Shown here: piece by piece, positions 47,189 through 57,612 of the stretch
Layout: each line of letters starts with the position of its first letter
How positions within the stretch are numbered: position 1 is the stretch's first letter
Assembly: GCA_017634415.1 (NCBI GenBank)
Contig: JAGBNL010000052.1
Coordinates: 4,317 to 68,316 of the forward strand
Direction of reading: 5' to 3'
Origin: Clostridium sp.
GTDB lineage: Bacteria > Bacillota > Clostridia > Lachnospirales > Lachnospiraceae
DNA: 64,000 nucleotides
Made by a program: the position numbers and the translations under genes
Notes under the pieces: generated by a model
The model's input: the letters and a program-made list of their open reading frames with translations, nothing else
What the model was told of the DNA's origin: nothing
Databases searched by the model: none

Positions 47189-50100
47189 TTAAATGACAGA
47201 CTCAAATTCATCCATAGTCATCAGAATCTGGCGCGGTTTGGTTCCTTCCTCCCCGCCGACCACACCGTAGTCCGCCAGCTGATCCATGATCCGGGCAGCC
47301 CGGTTGAATCCAATCTTGAATTTTCTCTGCAGCATGCCGATGGAGGCTTTGTCGCTTTCGATGATAAACCGTCCGGCCTGCTCAAAGTAATCATCTCTCT
47401 CCTGCCCGCCGTCCGAGCCGAAGGAGCCGCCTCCCGAAGAGCCGTCACTGATGCGGGATTCGATGTCCGCGCTGTACTCGGCGGTCAGTCCCTGATCCGT
47501 CAGGAACCGTACTACGTTGCTGACCTCCTCGTCGGATACAAAGGCGCCCTGTACTCTCTTGGGCTTCGGGTAGCCGGAAGGATAGAACAGCATATCGCCC
47601 TTGCCGAGAAGCTTCTCTGCGCCCACCATGTCCAGAATGGTCCTGGAATCGACACCGGAGGATACGGAGAAGGCAATTCTCGACGGAATATTCGCCTTGA
47701 TAATGCCGGTGATGACATTCACCGACGGCCTCTGGGTCGCGATGATGAGGTGAATGCCTGCGGCGCGGGCCAGCTGCGCCAGTCTGCAGATGGCATCTTC
47801 CACGTCCTGCGGCGCCACCATCATCAGATCTGCAAGCTCGTCCACGATGATAATGATCTGCGGCATCTTTTCCGGCTTGTCCGGATCATCGATATCCGCT
47901 ATCTCGTCCACTCTGGCGTTATAGCCCTTCAGATCACGGACGCGGTACTTCGCAAACTTCTGATAGCGCTCCGTCATCTCCTGCACGGCCCAGTTCAGGG
48001 CGCCGGCGGCCTTCTTCGGATCCGTGACCACGGGGATCAGCAGATGCGGAATTCCGTTGTAGACGCTCAGCTCCACCACCTTCGGGTCAATCATGATAAG
48101 CTTGACTTCCTCCGGCTTTGCCTTGTAGATGACGCTCATAATCAGCGTATTGATGCAGACGGACTTACCGGAACCGGTGGCGCCTGCGATAAGCAGATGG
48201 GGCATCTTGGCGATATCCGTAACCACCGTCTGTCCGCCGATATCCTTACCCACCGCAAAGGCCAGTCTGGATTTATGTTTTCTGAACTCCTCCGATTCCA
48301 GAAGGGAGCGGAGGAATACCGTCTTCACATCCTTGTTCGGCACCTCGATGCCGATGGCCGCCTTGCCCGGAATCGGCGCCTCGATACGGATGTCCGCCGC
48401 AGCCAGGTTCAGCTTGATATCATCGGCCAGCGCCAGGATACGGCTGACCTTGACGCCCTGGTCAGGCTGCAGTTCATATCTGGTTACCGTCGGCCCGCAG
48501 CTGATATCCGTCACGGTAACGCCCACGCCGAAGTTCTTCAGGGTCTGCTGCAGCTTGACTGCGGTCTCCCGGAACTCATCCTCATTGAAATCCGCGCTGT
48601 CATTGACGTCAGGCGTCAGCAGGTCAATGGGCGGGAAGATATATTCCTTCTTCGGCTCTGTCTTCTGTTCTTCTATGATCTCCGCAGGTGTCGGCTCCAC
48701 GTCCGCCCTGCTCTCCTCATACCGCTGCTCCGCCCGCTTTCTCTCCAGAATTGCGGACGTCATGCCGGGATCCGTGGAAACGATCTTTCCGGAAGATGTC
48801 ACCACCGGGGCCGGTGTTCTGCCGCTGTCATACCCCGCAGCCCGGCCGGACATGCCGGATGACATATCTCTCGGAGGCCTGCTTCTGTCGGGCGCCGCCG
48901 CAGCAATGTCCGCTGCGGTGGGAAGCGGCGTATCGTCGTAATCCTCATCCTCCTCGTCCAGATCGGTGAAATCCGCGTCGAAGGAAGGCTTCTCCTCCGG
49001 CGGCAGGACCTGAATGGAAGCAAAGGGCATATTCCGGAAGGTTTCCGGCTCCTCTTTTACCGGCGGAACCGGTCTTTCCTGCACATATTCCGCATGAGAC
49101 GCATATCTTTCGGGAACTGCCTCCATCGGTGCGGCAGACTCTCCGTCATCCGGAACCTGCGGTTCAGGCTGCACTGCCTTTACAGGCGGCACAGCGGAAG
49201 CTTCTGCCACCGTGGGTGCAGTCCTCTCCGGAACAGGTGCCTGCACGGATATCTGACTCTGCTGCGGAACGGACGCTGTCCTTCCGGCAGGTGCTTCTCC
49301 CGTCAGCTCCTCCAGGGTCATGGTGTCATTGCGCACATAGATGGAGCGAAGCAGACTGTCCTCTTCCCGGGAACCTCTGCCGTAGATTTCCGGCTCGCCT
49401 TCCGACTCCGGATCCTCTGAGAAGACTCTGGGTCTTCCGCCGTAATGGATTCTTCCCTGGAAAATGTCGGCGGAATCCGGTCCCAGCTCCTTTGCCGCGT
49501 CCGAGGGTTCCTCCGAAGAAGGCTTCTCCACCTCCTCCACATGATATACCAGCTTCGGTTCCGGCTTTGCCTGCTCCGCCGCCGTCCCGGCTGCCGTTTT
49601 CTTAAGCTCCGGAAGCGGCTCCTTCTCTGCCGGCGCAGATGCAAGCTTCCCGCTGTCCGGCTTCACCGCTTCTGTCTTTTCTTCCGTTATCGCGCTTTCG
49701 GTCTCTTTTTCCTCCGCGGCGGACTTCTCATCCGGATCGGCCTTCACGGTGACCTTCCCCACATTGGAGAAGGAATGCTTCAGGGTTTCTTCCTTCAGCT
49801 CCGCCCCGGCGATATCTACGCCGCGCACGATCTGCTCGGCGCGAAGGCGCTTTCTCTCCTCCACCTTCTCCGCGTGCTGGATTCTCCTGCGGCTCACATC
49901 CTCCTTCGCGTACTCATAAGCCCTGTCGCTGCTCTTTCTCACAAATCCCACCAGGGATTTCTCGGTGATGCAGACGCACCCGATAGCAAGAAATACCAGA
50001 AGGATGAAGAATGCCCCCACGGTTCCCACAATTCCCTTAAGACGGGAAGATATCAGGCCGCCGATAAAACCGCCGCCGCTGCCGGAAGCGTAATACTCTC

Positions 50101-50539
50101 CCAGCGTTCTGTCCGCCTCGGCGCCCACAAAGAGCTGGATAAGGCCGCACAGCGCAAACAGCACAAGGGCGCCGGCGCACAGCTTTATCACCGCCCGGCG
50201 GCTTCCCAGATTGGACTGGTAGAAGCACATGGCGGCAAAAATCAGCACCGGCACCAGATATCCGGTCACGCCGAATATCCCGAGCATAATGCCGCTCAGG
50301 AATCGTCCGAATGCGCCGATGAGGCCGAAATTGCTCAGGAACAGCAGCGCGCAGACCGCGAAGGTGATGATGATAGACACTTCCGTAGTGAGCGTCCTGC
50401 CGTCATAATCCGGCTCCTCCTCATATACCTCCGGCTGCCTTCTGGCTGTCCTTGTTCCGGTATTCTGCTTCGCAGCGCCGGTCTTTGAATTCTTTTTTAC
50501 CGGTTCCGCTTCCTGTGTTTTCCTGTTTCTGGCTGCCAC
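47189..50539 (-). CDS. ftsK: DNA translocase FtsK/SpoIIIE
   Basis: N-terminal 4TM, long Pro/Ala/Glu linker, [27 protein letters not shown], gamma domain [19 protein letters not shown]; GTG start. Confidence 0.96.
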   Translation of the reverse strand: MAARNRKTQEAEPVKKNSKTGAAKQNTGTRTARRQPEVYEEEPDYDGRTLTTEVSIIITFAVCALLFLSNFGLIGAFGRFLSGIMLGIFGVTGYLVPVLIFAAMCFYQSNLGSRRAVIKLCAGALVLFALCGLIQLFVGAEADRTLGEYYASGSGGGFIGGLISSRLKGIVGTVGAFFILLVFLAIGCVCITEKSLVGFVRKSSDRAYEYAKEDVSRRRIQHAEKVEERKRLRAEQIVRGVDIAGAELKEETLKHSFSNVGKVTVKADPDEKSAAEEKETESAITEEKTEAVKPDSGKLASAPAEKEPLPELKKTAAGTAAEQAKPEPKLVYHVEEVEKPSSEEPSDAAKELGPDSADIFQGRIHYGGRPRVFSEDPESEGEPEIYGRGSREEDSLLRSIYVRNDTMTLEELTGEAPAGRTASVPQQSQISVQAPVPERTAPTVAEASAVPPVKAVQPEPQVPDDGESAAPMEAVPERYASHAEYVQERPVPPVKEEPETFRNMPFASIQVLPPEEKPSFDADFTDLDEEDEDYDDTPLPTAADIAAAAPDRSRPPRDMSSGMSGRAAGYDSGRTPAPVVTSSGKIVSTDPGMTSAILERKRAEQRYEESRADVEPTPAEIIEEQKTEPKKEYIFPPIDLLTPDVNDSADFNEDEFRETAVKLQQTLKNFGVGVTVTDISCGPTVTRYELQPDQGVKVSRILALADDIKLNLAAADIRIEAPIPGKAAIGIEVPNKDVKTVFLRSLLESEEFRKHKSRLAFAVGKDIGGQTVVTDIAKMPHLLIAGATGSGKSVCINTLIMSVIYKAKPEEVKLIMIDPKVVELSVYNGIPHLLIPVVTDPKKAAGALNWAVQEMTERYQKFAKYRVRDLKGYNARVDEIADIDDPDKPEKMPQIIIIVDELADLMMVAPQDVEDAICRLAQLARAAGIHLIIATQRPSVNVITGIIKANIPSRIAFSVSSGVDSRTILDMVGAEKLLGKGDMLFYPSGYPKPKRVQGAFVSDEEVSNVVRFLTDQGLTAEYSADIESRISDGSSGGGSFGSDGGQERDDYFEQAGRFIIESDKASIGMLQRKFKIGFNRAARIMDQLADYGVVGGEEGTKPRQILMTMDEFESVI

Positions 50540-50612
50540 TGCTTACCCCTCATTCCCTGTTTCTTTTTTTACCAATTGAAAGGCCCGCCGAAGGCGAGCC
50601 TTGTCCAATTTC

Positions 50613-50641
50613 AGTATACAGAAAACCTGTTCGGATTTCAA
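50613..50641 (-). promoter_or_regulatory. Sigma-A promoter of ftsK with LexA-box-like site in the spacer
   Basis: TTGAAA-17 bp-TATACT; CGAACAGGTTTTC in spacer (50621-50633). Confidence 0.6.
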
Positions 50642-50704
50642 CTTTTTGGCCATTCTGAAAGATTTTCGTAAGCATCTCGGAATGGCATGCGGGGACGGTC
50701 AGCC

Positions 50705-51865
50705 TCAGCGGCAGAGCTCCTCTGCCAGCGCCCTGAGCTGCGCCTCGCTGTCCGCATTCAGAGCGGATTTTATGGTCACCGTATTCTCGGCGAAGGTGAT
50801 ATTCTTGCTCTTCTCAAACATGGCCTTCATGCACTTTGCCGCGGTGGGAGCCCAGGTACCGTTCTCCACAAGTCCGATGAAGCGGTTCTGATATCCTCTC
50901 TCGGTGAGATGGCTGATAAACTCGCGCATGGTGGGGAATATCTCCGCGTTGTAGGTCGTTGTGGCCAGCACCATTCTGCTGTAGCGGAAAGCATCCTCCA
51001 CACACTCGTAGATGTCATCCCGGGCAAGATCCGCGATGGATACCTTCGGGCATCCCATTTCCCGGAGCATATCTGCCAGCTTTTCCGCGGCCTTCTTCGT
51101 ATTGCCGTAGACAGATGTATAGGCGACAAATACGCCCTCCGTCTCCGGACGGTAAGAAGACCAGGTATCATAAAGGCCGAGATAATATCCCAGGTCCTCG
51201 GAGAGCACCGGTCCGTGCAGCGGGCAGATGAGCTGAATATCCAGTCCGGCCGCCTTCTTCAGCAGGGTCTGTGCCTGGGCGCCGTATTTGCCCACAATAC
51301 CGAAGTAATAGCGTCTCGCCTCGCAGGCCCATCCTTCGGGATCCTCCACATCGTTGGCGCCGAACTTGCCGAAGGCATCCGCGGAGAACAGCACCTTGTC
51401 CGTGCTGTCATAGGTCACCATAACCTCAGGCCAGTGCACCATGGGCGCGAACACGAAGGTCAGGACATGCTTTCCGAGGGTGAGGGTTCCGCCGTTTGCC
51501 ACTGTCTCCCGCTTCATGCCGGCCGGCAGCTGATAGAACTGCTCCATCATGGCAAATGTCTTCGCGTTGCCCACCACCGTGGTCTCAGGATAGGCCTCCA
51601 GGAAACCGGTGATATTCGCGGAGTGGTCCGGCTCCATATGCTGAATCACCAGATAATCCGGCTTTCTCTCTCCCAGCGCTTCCTTCAGGTTTTCCAGCCA
51701 TTCCTTCCCGAAATGCTGATCCACGGTGTCCATCACCGCAACCTTCTCGTCCAGAATCACGTAGGAATTATAAGCCATTCCCAGGGGCACCTCAAACTGT
51801 CCTTCAAACAGATCAACCTGGTGATCATTTACGCCGACATAGCGGATATCATCTGTCACTCTCAT
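50705..51865 (-). CDS. FprA family flavodiiron protein
   Basis: YNSY, HMEPDH, VHWPE, SADAFG, PLHGP, flavodoxin domain YTSVYGNT. Confidence 0.94.
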   Translation of the reverse strand: MRVTDDIRYVGVNDHQVDLFEGQFEVPLGMAYNSYVILDEKVAVMDTVDQHFGKEWLENLKEALGERKPDYLVIQHMEPDHSANITGFLEAYPETTVVGNAKTFAMMEQFYQLPAGMKRETVANGGTLTLGKHVLTFVFAPMVHWPEVMVTYDSTDKVLFSADAFGKFGANDVEDPEGWACEARRYYFGIVGKYGAQAQTLLKKAAGLDIQLICPLHGPVLSEDLGYYLGLYDTWSSYRPETEGVFVAYTSVYGNTKKAAEKLADMLREMGCPKVSIADLARDDIYECVEDAFRYSRMVLATTTYNAEIFPTMREFISHLTERGYQNRFIGLVENGTWAPTAAKCMKAMFEKSKNITFAENTVTIKSALNADSEAQLRALAEELCR

Positions 51866-51979
51866 GTATTTGTCCTCTCTTACGTATGCCTTTTTCTTTC
51901 AGATTCCGGCGGATTCTGTCTTTCTGACCGCCCGCAACATTATAGCATACCCGCGGTATTTCGAAAAGAATAATATTTG

Positions 51980-53620
51980 TTACCATCCCGCAGCGCAGCC
52001 GTCGGCTCTGGGCTCCGAGGCGCCGCAGAGCACCCCGTCTTCATTCCTGAGAATGATCTGTCCCCTGCCGTAGACAGAATGGTCCGGATTGACGGACATC
52101 TCATGTCCCCGGGCTGACAGGGCCTGCCGGATTTCTTCCGGATACTCCGCTTCGGTTTCCACCTGTTTCTTTCTTATCCACTGCCAGCGGGACCGGTCCA
52201 GCGCCTCCTGGGGATTCATGCCGAAATCCAGGAGATTTGTCAGGACCTGAAGCTGCCCCTGGGGCTGCATGAAGGCGCCCATCACGCCGAAGGGTCCCAG
52301 GGCTTTCCCGTTTCTTGTGAGGAATCCGGGGATGATGGTATGGAATGATTTCTTTCCCGGCGCCAGCACATTGGGGGAAGAAGGATCCAGGGAAAAGGCC
52401 TTTCCCCGGTTCTGCAGGGAGATGCCGGTTCCGGGTATCACGATGCCGGAGCCGAACCCGTTATAATTGCTCTGGATATGGGAAACCATGTTTCCCTCCT
52501 CATCTGCCGTGCAGAGGTATATGGTTCCGGACCCGTTCGGATTCCCGGCTGCGGGGATCATGGCTTCCTCCCCGATAAGCGCTGCCCTCCTCCTCGCGTA
52601 ATCCGAAGAGAGAAGGGATTCCACTGAAACCTCCATGGAACGCGGGTCTGCGATGTACTTCAGGCCGTCCTCATAGCCCAGCTTCAGCGCCTCGATGATC
52701 CGGTGCACGTTCCGTTCAGACTCCGGATGCTCTTTATCAAGGTCCAGATGATTCAGGATGGCGAGGGCCATCAGGACCACGATGCCGTCCCCGTTCGGAG
52801 GCATTTCCCAGACATCGGTCCCCCGGTAATTGACGGAAACGGGCTTCACCCACTCCGGCGCATATCCAGCCAGATCCTCAAAGATCAGAAAACCGCCGGT
52901 TTCTTCCGAAAACCGGGCTGTCTTCTCCGCCAGCTCGCCCCGGTAGAAGGACTCCGCCCCCGTCTCCGCGATTGCTGCAAGGGTCCGGGCCATATCCGGG
53001 GAACGCCAGATTTCTCCCGCGGCGGGCGCGTGTCCCCCCGGCGCAAAATGCTCCATCCAGGGAAGATATTCCGGCGTTTTCTTTGCGGAGAAGATATCAA
53101 ATCCCGCCTTCCACAGCCGGGACACCACCGGGGATACCGCATATCCCTCCTCCGCATAACGGATGGCAGGCGCCAATACCTCCGCGAAGGGCAGACGCCC
53201 GAATCTGTCGGACAGGGCTTTCCAGCCCGCCACGGCGCCCGGCACCATAACGGGATACCATCCCCGGTCCGGCACCGCCGTATATCCCGCGGCTTGCACC
53301 TTCTCCGCCGTCAGACTCATCGGCGCCTTTCCGCTGGCGTTCAGGCCGTAGATTTCCCCCTTCACCCAGGCGATGGTAAATGCATCCGAACCCAGACCGT
53401 TGGATGTAGGCTCCAGAACGGTCATGCAGGCTGCGGCCGCCACGGCCGCATCCACGGCGTTTCCTCCCCTTTTCAGGATGTCAAGACCAGCCCCCGCCGC
53501 CAGGGGCTGGGATGTGCAGACCATGCCGTGCCTTGCGTAGACAAGGCTTCTTCCGGAAGGATACTTCCGGCTGAGCGGGTCAAAATGCAGATCGGCAAAT
53601 GCTGCGGGATGTTCACTCAT
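51980..53620 (-). CDS. Gamma-glutamyltransferase family protein (cytoplasmic, YwrD-like)
   Basis: GGNAVDAA, VPGAV, nucleophile Thr in GSGTIYLCTAD, LQNRG, FHTIIP, GVMGAFMQPQG; no signal peptide. Confidence 0.93.
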   Translation of the reverse strand: MSEHPAAFADLHFDPLSRKYPSGRSLVYARHGMVCTSQPLAAGAGLDILKRGGNAVDAAVAAAACMTVLEPTSNGLGSDAFTIAWVKGEIYGLNASGKAPMSLTAEKVQAAGYTAVPDRGWYPVMVPGAVAGWKALSDRFGRLPFAEVLAPAIRYAEEGYAVSPVVSRLWKAGFDIFSAKKTPEYLPWMEHFAPGGHAPAAGEIWRSPDMARTLAAIAETGAESFYRGELAEKTARFSEETGGFLIFEDLAGYAPEWVKPVSVNYRGTDVWEMPPNGDGIVVLMALAILNHLDLDKEHPESERNVHRIIEALKLGYEDGLKYIADPRSMEVSVESLLSSDYARRRAALIGEEAMIPAAGNPNGSGTIYLCTADEEGNMVSHIQSNYNGFGSGIVIPGTGISLQNRGKAFSLDPSSPNVLAPGKKSFHTIIPGFLTRNGKALGPFGVMGAFMQPQGQLQVLTNLLDFGMNPQEALDRSRWQWIRKKQVETEAEYPEEIRQALSARGHEMSVNPDHSVYGRGQIILRNEDGVLCGASEPRADGCAAGW

Positions 53621-53668
53621 GAATATTCCTCCGTATTCGCTCAATAAACTGCCGGCTGCCGGCAGTTA

Positions 53669-54421
53669 TCAGTAATCCACCTTCATCATGCAGAGTCCCT
53701 GTGGCGGTGCCGTGGGCCCGGCCAGCTTCCGTTCCATCCCTGCAAGAATCCGCTCCATATCCTCCGGCGCCATCCGCCCGTATCCGGCCTCCAGCAGGGT
53801 TCCGGTCATGATGCGCACCATATGCTGCAGGAATCCGTTCCCGTGGAAATACAGCCGGATATAGGGACCCTTTTCCTTGATTTCAATATCGTACACCACC
53901 CGCACCGTGGACTTCTTCATCTTCGGGTTGCCGCAGAAGCTCTTAAAGTCGTGCATCCCGACCAGATATTCCGCGGCCGCCCGCATTCTTTCCACGTCCG
54001 GCCTTTCCTCCAGCACGGTCACATACTTCCGGTCAAAGACGGGCTTTCCTGCCCCGTACCAGCAGGTATAGCAGTAAGTCTTCCCCTTTGCCTTGAATCT
54101 GCTGTGGAAGCGGTCCGCGCAGATGCGGACATCAGATACGCCGATATCCTCTGGGAGGTACCGGTTCAGATACTCCAGGATTTCCTCCTCGGTCATCTCC
54201 GTATCCAGGAGCACGTTGGCCGTCATTTCCCTGGCATGTACGCCGGCATCGGTTCGCCCTGCGCCGATCACCGTCACCGGCGTATCCTCCGGAAGACCGA
54301 CCATCCTGGTGAGAACCGTTTCCAGTTTTCCCTGGATGGTCATCTCTGTATTCGGCTGGTGTTCCCAGCCGAAATACCTGGTGCCGTCATAGCCCAGGGT
54401 CATCTTGTAATTTCTTTTCAT
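53669..54421 (-). CDS. truA: tRNA pseudouridine(38-40) synthase
   Basis: YDGTRYFGW, GAGRTDAGVHA, HDFKSF, GFLQHMVR, APPQGL. Confidence 0.93.
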   Translation of the reverse strand: MKRNYKMTLGYDGTRYFGWEHQPNTEMTIQGKLETVLTRMVGLPEDTPVTVIGAGRTDAGVHAREMTANVLLDTEMTEEEILEYLNRYLPEDIGVSDVRICADRFHSRFKAKGKTYCYTCWYGAGKPVFDRKYVTVLEERPDVERMRAAAEYLVGMHDFKSFCGNPKMKKSTVRVVYDIEIKEKGPYIRLYFHGNGFLQHMVRIMTGTLLEAGYGRMAPEDMERILAGMERKLAGPTAPPQGLCMMKVDY

Positions 54422-55908
54422 TTTCCCTTCCTGTTTTTCTCACAGGCCTTCTCCAGCTCCTTCACCGCGATCCGGAGCGCCTTGATTCTGGCGTATTTCT
54501 TATCCACCGACTCCAGGATGTGCCAGGGAGCAAACTCGGTGCTGGTCTTCTGGATCATCTCATTGACCGCTTCCTCGTACTGATTCCATTTTTCCCGGTT
54601 TCTCCAGTCCTCGTCGGTGATCTTCCACTGCTTTTCCGGCGTGTTCTGACGCTCGGTGAAACGGGCCAGCTGGGTATCGCTGTCAATCTGCACCCAGAAT
54701 TTCAGAATCACCGCGCCCCAGCTTGTAAGCTCCTTCTCGAACTCATTGATCTCATTGTAGGCTCTCTGCCAGTCATTCTCGGAGCAGAAGCCCTCCAGAC
54801 GCTCCACCATCACCCTGCCGTACCAGGTGCGGTCGAAGATGGCGATATGTCCCGTCTTCGGCATCCGGTTCCAGAAGCGCCAGAGATAGAATCTGGCTTT
54901 CTCGTGGGGCTCCGGGCTGGCGATGGGGTGCACGGTATAGCCTCTCGGGTCGAGGGCCGCCGTGATCCGCTTGATATTGCCGCCCTTTCCGGCAGCATCC
55001 CAGCCTTCGTAGGCGATAATGACCGGAATCTTCTTCCTGTAGAGCTCATAGTGCAGGCTCAGAAGCTTCTTCTGCAGCTTCTTCAGCTCCTCATCATATT
55101 CCTCTTCGGTGATGGTCTTGTCCGCGAGGGAAATGTCCTTAAGCAGCGGCGTCTTCTTTAAGGGGAAGATATTCTGACGGATGGGCACCGCCAGGGCCTG
55201 GTTCTTCAGGGCCGTGTCGATCCCCTGGTTCAAAAACTCCAGCACCTGAAGCTCTGCGTGCTTCTCATCCGAGGCGTCAATGATATACCAGGGCGCATTG
55301 GAACGGTTGGTATCCTTCAGGTAGTTGTCGTACACATCCAGGCAGAGGTCGTAGTTCTTATTCTCCCACAGGTCATCCTCATCCACCCTCCACCGGGTGT
55401 TCTTGTCGGCCCTCAGACCGTCCAGCCTCTTCTTCTGCTGCTTCTTCGAGATGTGGAAGAAGAACTTCATGATGAGATATCCGTTGTCCGTAAGCTGGCG
55501 CTCCGTGGTATTGATGCTCTCGATCCTGCCCTCATAGGCCTCCTTGTCCAGCTCTCCGCTGAAGAGGCCGTTGGTAACCTCCTCCATCCAGCAGGTGTCA
55601 AAGAACCGGAATTTTCCCGCCTCCGGGATTTCCACCAGGTACCGGTACAGGAAGGGATATCTCCTGGTGTCGGTGCTGGGCTTATCCATCTTCGCCACCT
55701 GGAAGAATCTGGGGTCAATGTTCTTGATAATCTTGCCCAGAACCGAACCCTTGCCGGCGGCGCCCCAGCCCTCAAAGATCACCATGACGGGCAGCTTTGC
55801 ATCCTTGATCTTCATCTGGTTTGCAAAAAGCGTATCCCGCTGCTCCGAGAGCTTCTCTTTCAGTTCTTCCTTTTCCGGTTTTTCCGGCCCTGCAAATTCT
55901 TTCAGCAT
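54418..55908 (-). CDS. Two-domain PPK2, polyphosphate:AMP phosphotransferase type
   Basis: Tandem PPK2 domains: EGWGAAGKG...FDTCW and EGWDAAGKGG...FDRTWYGRV, WKITDEDW. Confidence 0.93.
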   Translation of the reverse strand: MLKEFAGPEKPEKEELKEKLSEQRDTLFANQMKIKDAKLPVMVIFEGWGAAGKGSVLGKIIKNIDPRFFQVAKMDKPSTDTRRYPFLYRYLVEIPEAGKFRFFDTCWMEEVTNGLFSGELDKEAYEGRIESINTTERQLTDNGYLIMKFFFHISKKQQKKRLDGLRADKNTRWRVDEDDLWENKNYDLCLDVYDNYLKDTNRSNAPWYIIDASDEKHAELQVLEFLNQGIDTALKNQALAVPIRQNIFPLKKTPLLKDISLADKTITEEEYDEELKKLQKKLLSLHYELYRKKIPVIIAYEGWDAAGKGGNIKRITAALDPRGYTVHPIASPEPHEKARFYLWRFWNRMPKTGHIAIFDRTWYGRVMVERLEGFCSENDWQRAYNEINEFEKELTSWGAVILKFWVQIDSDTQLARFTERQNTPEKQWKITDEDWRNREKWNQYEEAVNEMIQKTSTEFAPWHILESVDKKYARIKALRIAVKELEKACEKNRKGK

Positions 55909-55950
55909 AAATGATTCCTCCCTTCAGAATATGTGTGCTGAGAACGGTGT

Positions 55951-57141
55951 TTACTCTCCCGTGACGCTGTGCCAGATGGCCCAGAGCCTCGGTATGGTGA
56001 AATCCTGCCCCAGATAGCGGAGATAATGGAAGGCCGCCAGATCCTCCGTATAGTCTGACAGCATATAGACGGCATTGAACATGCTCATATGGGAAACCAC
56101 CGGCAGGAACCTGTAGTCAGAAACCCTGGTCACCGTCATGCCGTTCTCCGGAGTTTTCTCTATGGTAACCGCGGCGAGCCCGCCGAGCATGCTCTCTGTC
56201 CTCACCTGCTCGGAGATGAAATTCCCGCAGGACCAGAAGACGATGCCTCGGTGTCCCGAGGGCGTCACCACCTCCTGATAGGGCTCTATCACGTGGGGAT
56301 GGGCGCAGATGACGATATCCGCGCCGTTGTCAATCAGGGTCTGCACATAGGACATCTGGTAAGCCGTGGGGCTCATGCGGTATTCCTCCCCGATGTGCAG
56401 GAAGCAGATGGTAATATCCGCAAGATTTTCCGCCGTCCGCACATCCTGAAGGAACTTCCCCTGATTTCCCAGGAGATCAACCATGTAGTAGTCATGTCCC
56501 GGAAGACGATTCCCGTTAAGCCCGTAGGTATAGTTGAACATGGCCATCTTTATGCCGTTCTTTTCCACGATATCGATGGTATTCCAGTCCTCGGGCGTGT
56601 CGTGGATGCCCAGGAGGGTGATCTCCGGATAATGGCTCTTCCAGTAATTCAGGGTGTTTCTTACGCCGTACTCCCCCTTGTCCCAGGTGTGGTTTGTGGC
56701 GGAGAGCACCACGTCAAACCCGCTGTCAACAAGCGCCTCCCCGATCTCCTGCGGCGTGCCGAAGGCGGGATAAGTGCTGTACATGGAAGGATTGTCCACC
56801 AGGATGGTCTCCTGGTTAATGACCGCGATATCGTAGGAGGAGATCACGTCCTTCACGGGCTCATAGAGGGAGTGGAAATCATAGGTCCCCGTATCTGCCC
56901 GGTACGCCCGCTTATAAATATTGGCGTGAATCAGGTCATCCCCCGCCGCGATGAGGGTCACGACGCCTTCTTTATCCTTTGCCGGCGCAAAGTTCGGGTT
57001 CTCCGGCAGAGCCTGTTCCTGCTGCGCTGCAGTCTCCGATGCCCCTGTGCCGGAAGCCTCCGACGCGGGTCCCGCCAGTGCGGGGATGCTCAGACAGATT
57101 GCAGCTGCGGCCGCAGATGCGGCGATGGTCAGTTTCTTCAT
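55951..57141 (-). CDS. CapA/PGA_cap family metallophosphoesterase-like secreted protein
   Basis: Signal peptide; GDDLIH, NQE, ATNHTWD, HIGEE, HPHV, SCGNF. Confidence 0.9.
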   Translation of the reverse strand: MKKLTIAASAAAAAICLSIPALAGPASEASGTGASETAAQQEQALPENPNFAPAKDKEGVVTLIAAGDDLIHANIYKRAYRADTGTYDFHSLYEPVKDVISSYDIAVINQETILVDNPSMYSTYPAFGTPQEIGEALVDSGFDVVLSATNHTWDKGEYGVRNTLNYWKSHYPEITLLGIHDTPEDWNTIDIVEKNGIKMAMFNYTYGLNGNRLPGHDYYMVDLLGNQGKFLQDVRTAENLADITICFLHIGEEYRMSPTAYQMSYVQTLIDNGADIVICAHPHVIEPYQEVVTPSGHRGIVFWSCGNFISEQVRTESMLGGLAAVTIEKTPENGMTVTRVSDYRFLPVVSHMSMFNAVYMLSDYTEDLAAFHYLRYLGQDFTIPRLWAIWHSVTGE

Positions 57142-57340
57142 GGTGATAGTTTCCTGTGCCTTTCTTATTTCATTTTCCCTGCAGACAGCTATCTCTACTG
57201 CCGAAACCGCAGGGATATTATATTTCTTCCGTTATACTCCCAGGCCTTCTTTTCCGCAAGAGATGTCACGATTCTTCCGGAGAGGCTCTCCGGGTCGCCG
57301 AACGGATCATAGCTTTCAGCTCTTTCATGTTCGATAAAGA

Positions 57341-57368
57341 GCTCCCGCCACCTGAGGTGCACGGGAGC
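57341..57368 (-). terminator. Terminator-like hairpin after the 57374-57580 ORF
   Basis: GCTCCCG...CGGGAGC stem followed by TCTTT on minus strand. Confidence 0.5.
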
Positions 57369-57373
57369 ATGAA

Positions 57374-57580
57374 TTAATTATAGCATAATTCAGAGTACAC
57401 AGCACCTTTGTTATTGTCGGCGTAAACCTTCGGCCCCTTGTCCGTATCGGTCCATTTGCCTTCCGTCACGTCCTGGCCGGCTGCAGTAAGCTTCTCGCCT
57501 TTCCAGGTGCCTGCATACTGGCTGTTGCTCACATCGGAATTTTCCGGTTCTGTTTTTCCTTCTTTACTTTCTTTTTCCAT
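57374..57580 (-). pseudogene. Possible gene remnant (fragment resembling a secreted/lipoprotein domain)
   Basis: 68-aa ORF with YAGTWKG...EGKW motif, no RBS, no signal peptide. Confidence 0.35.
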
Positions 57581-57612
57581 GTTATATTATATCAGACGAG
57601 GTGATAATAACG

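Noticed and set aside
48650-49900. Long low-complexity FtsK linker as a possible insertion or intein
   Set aside because: Pro/Ala/Glu-rich variable linkers are normal for FtsK; no intein termini or endonuclease motifs
50644-50660. TGGCCATTCTGAAA resembling the candidate XRE operator
   Set aside because: Weaker symmetry and unrelated context; probably chance
51980-57141. Poly-gamma-glutamate capsule locus
   Set aside because: No capB/capC/capE and the GGT is cytoplasmic
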